From Eledone cirrhosa (Eukaryota), in contig OZ024744.1 of assembly GCA_964016885.1 (NCBI GenBank), positions 134,540,001 through 134,604,000 of the forward strand: a stretch of 64,000 nt of DNA. The letters are read 5' to 3'. The notes beneath the pieces were generated by a model, which worked only from the letters and a program-made list of their open reading frames with translations, made no database searches and was not told the origin of the DNA. A program made the position numbers and the translations under genes. Of the stretch, positions 63,101-64,000 are shown one piece after another (the first letter of the stretch is position 1; each line of letters begins with the position of its first letter).

Positions 63101-64000
63101 AGTTGGGGTTAAGTTAAGTTGGGGTCAAGTTAAGTTGGGGTTAAGTTGGGGTTAAGTTAACTTAGGTTTAAGTTAAGATGGGGTTAAGTTAAGTTGGGGT
63201 TAAGTTAAGTTGGGGTTAAGTTAAGTTGGGGTTAAGTTAAGTTGGGGTTGATTTAATTTGTGGTTAAGTTAAGTTGGGGTTAAGTTAAGTTGGGGTTAAG
63301 TTAAGTTGGGGTTAAGTTAAGTCGGGGTTAAGTTAAGTTGGGGTTAAGTTAAGTTGGGGTTAAGTTAAGTTGGGGTTAAGTTAAGTTGGGGTCAAGTTAA
63401 GTTGGGGTTAAGTTGGGGTTAAGTTAAGGTAGGTTTAAGTTAAGTTGGGGTTAAGTTAAGTTGGGGTTAAGTTAAGTTGGGGTTAAGTTAATTTGTGGTT
63501 AAGTTAAGTTGGGGTTAAGTTAAGTTGGGGTTAAGTTAAGTTGGGGTTAAGTTAAGTCGGAGTTAATTTAAGTTGGGGTTAAGTTAAGTTGGGGTTAATT
63601 TAAGTTGGGGTTAAGTTAAGTTGGGGTTAAGTTAAGTTGGGGTTAAATTAAGTTGGGGTTAAGTTAAGTTGGGGTTAAGTCAAGTTGCGGTTAAGTTAAG
63701 TTGGGGATAAGTTAAGTTGGGGATAATTTAAGTTGGGGTTAAGTTAAGTTGGGTTTAAGTTAAGTTGGGGTTAAGTTAAGTTGGGGTTAAGTTAAGTTGG
63801 GGTTAAGTTAAGTTGGGGTTAAGTTAAGTTGGGGTTAAGTTAAGTTGGGGCTAAGTTAAGTTGGGGCTGAGTTAAGTTGGGGTTAAGTTAAGTTGGGCTT
63901 AATTTAAGTCGGGGTTAAGTTAAGTTAGGGTTCAGTTAAGTTGGGGTTAAGTTAAGTTGGGGTTGAGTTAAGTTGGGGTTGAGTTAAATTGGGGTTGAGT

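Larger units (their letters stand above)
1..64000 (+). repeat. Tandem satellite / telomere-like array, 16-bp monomer GGGGTTAAGTTAAGTT (~4,000 copies), running off both window ends
   Basis: Seen directly: the unit TTAAG-TTAAG-TTGGGG repeats from base 1 to 64000. Variants are scattered substitutions (TCGGGG, GGGGCTGAG, GGGGATAAG, GGGGTTGAG, GGTG, GAGG) and occasional 11-, 13- or 15-bp monomers. No unique sequence was seen. Confidence 0.99.

Noticed and set aside
1-64000. Protein-coding ORF encoding a repeat protein
   Set aside because: The 16-bp period rotates TAA through all three frames on both strands (+ strand reads GVKLSWG*VKLGLS*V). Even with TAA read as Gln, frequent TGA variants on the + strand, frameshifting 11- and 13-bp monomers and the lack of unique sequence argue against coding.
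1-64000. CRISPR array or other repeat-spacer system
   Set aside because: There are no unique spacers, the monomers are directly adjacent, and no cas or other genes are present.
1-64000. Assignment to a named satellite family or species (e.g. Tetrahymena telomere)
   Set aside because: TTGGGG is never tandem here and I do not recognise the 16-mer as a named family. A database search would be required.
1-64000. Promoters, terminators, tRNA/rRNA or telomere-specific retrotransposons (SART/TRAS-like)
   Set aside because: No non-satellite sequence is present. AT-rich motifs such as tataag and tttattt are simple monomer variants.

Overview
The whole 64 kb window is one G-rich tandem repeat (satellite or telomere-like) array. 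Its 16-bp consensus is GGGGTTAAGTTAAGTT (= TTAAG-TTAAG-TTGGGG), about 4,000 copies, with G/T on the + strand and C/A on the - strand. I see no genes, RNA genes, mobile elements or CRISPR spacers. The array is structured at several scales. (1) Point-variant monomers form recurring multi-monomer cassettes. (2) There is a ~5-6 kb higher-order unit, an ~11.2 kb duplication and a ~31.7 kb super-repeat. (3) Nine copies of a 174-bp strand-inverted (C-rich) block are present. Each begins at a spacerless head-to-head junction (GGGGTT|AACCCC in seven copies, GGGGTT|GACCCC in two). The blocks fall into four sequence subtypes that trace the array's duplication history. The organism and chromosomal context (telomere, subtelomere, centromere, interstitial) cannot be determined from this window; a eukaryotic origin is inferred. 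All coordinates were read by eye.
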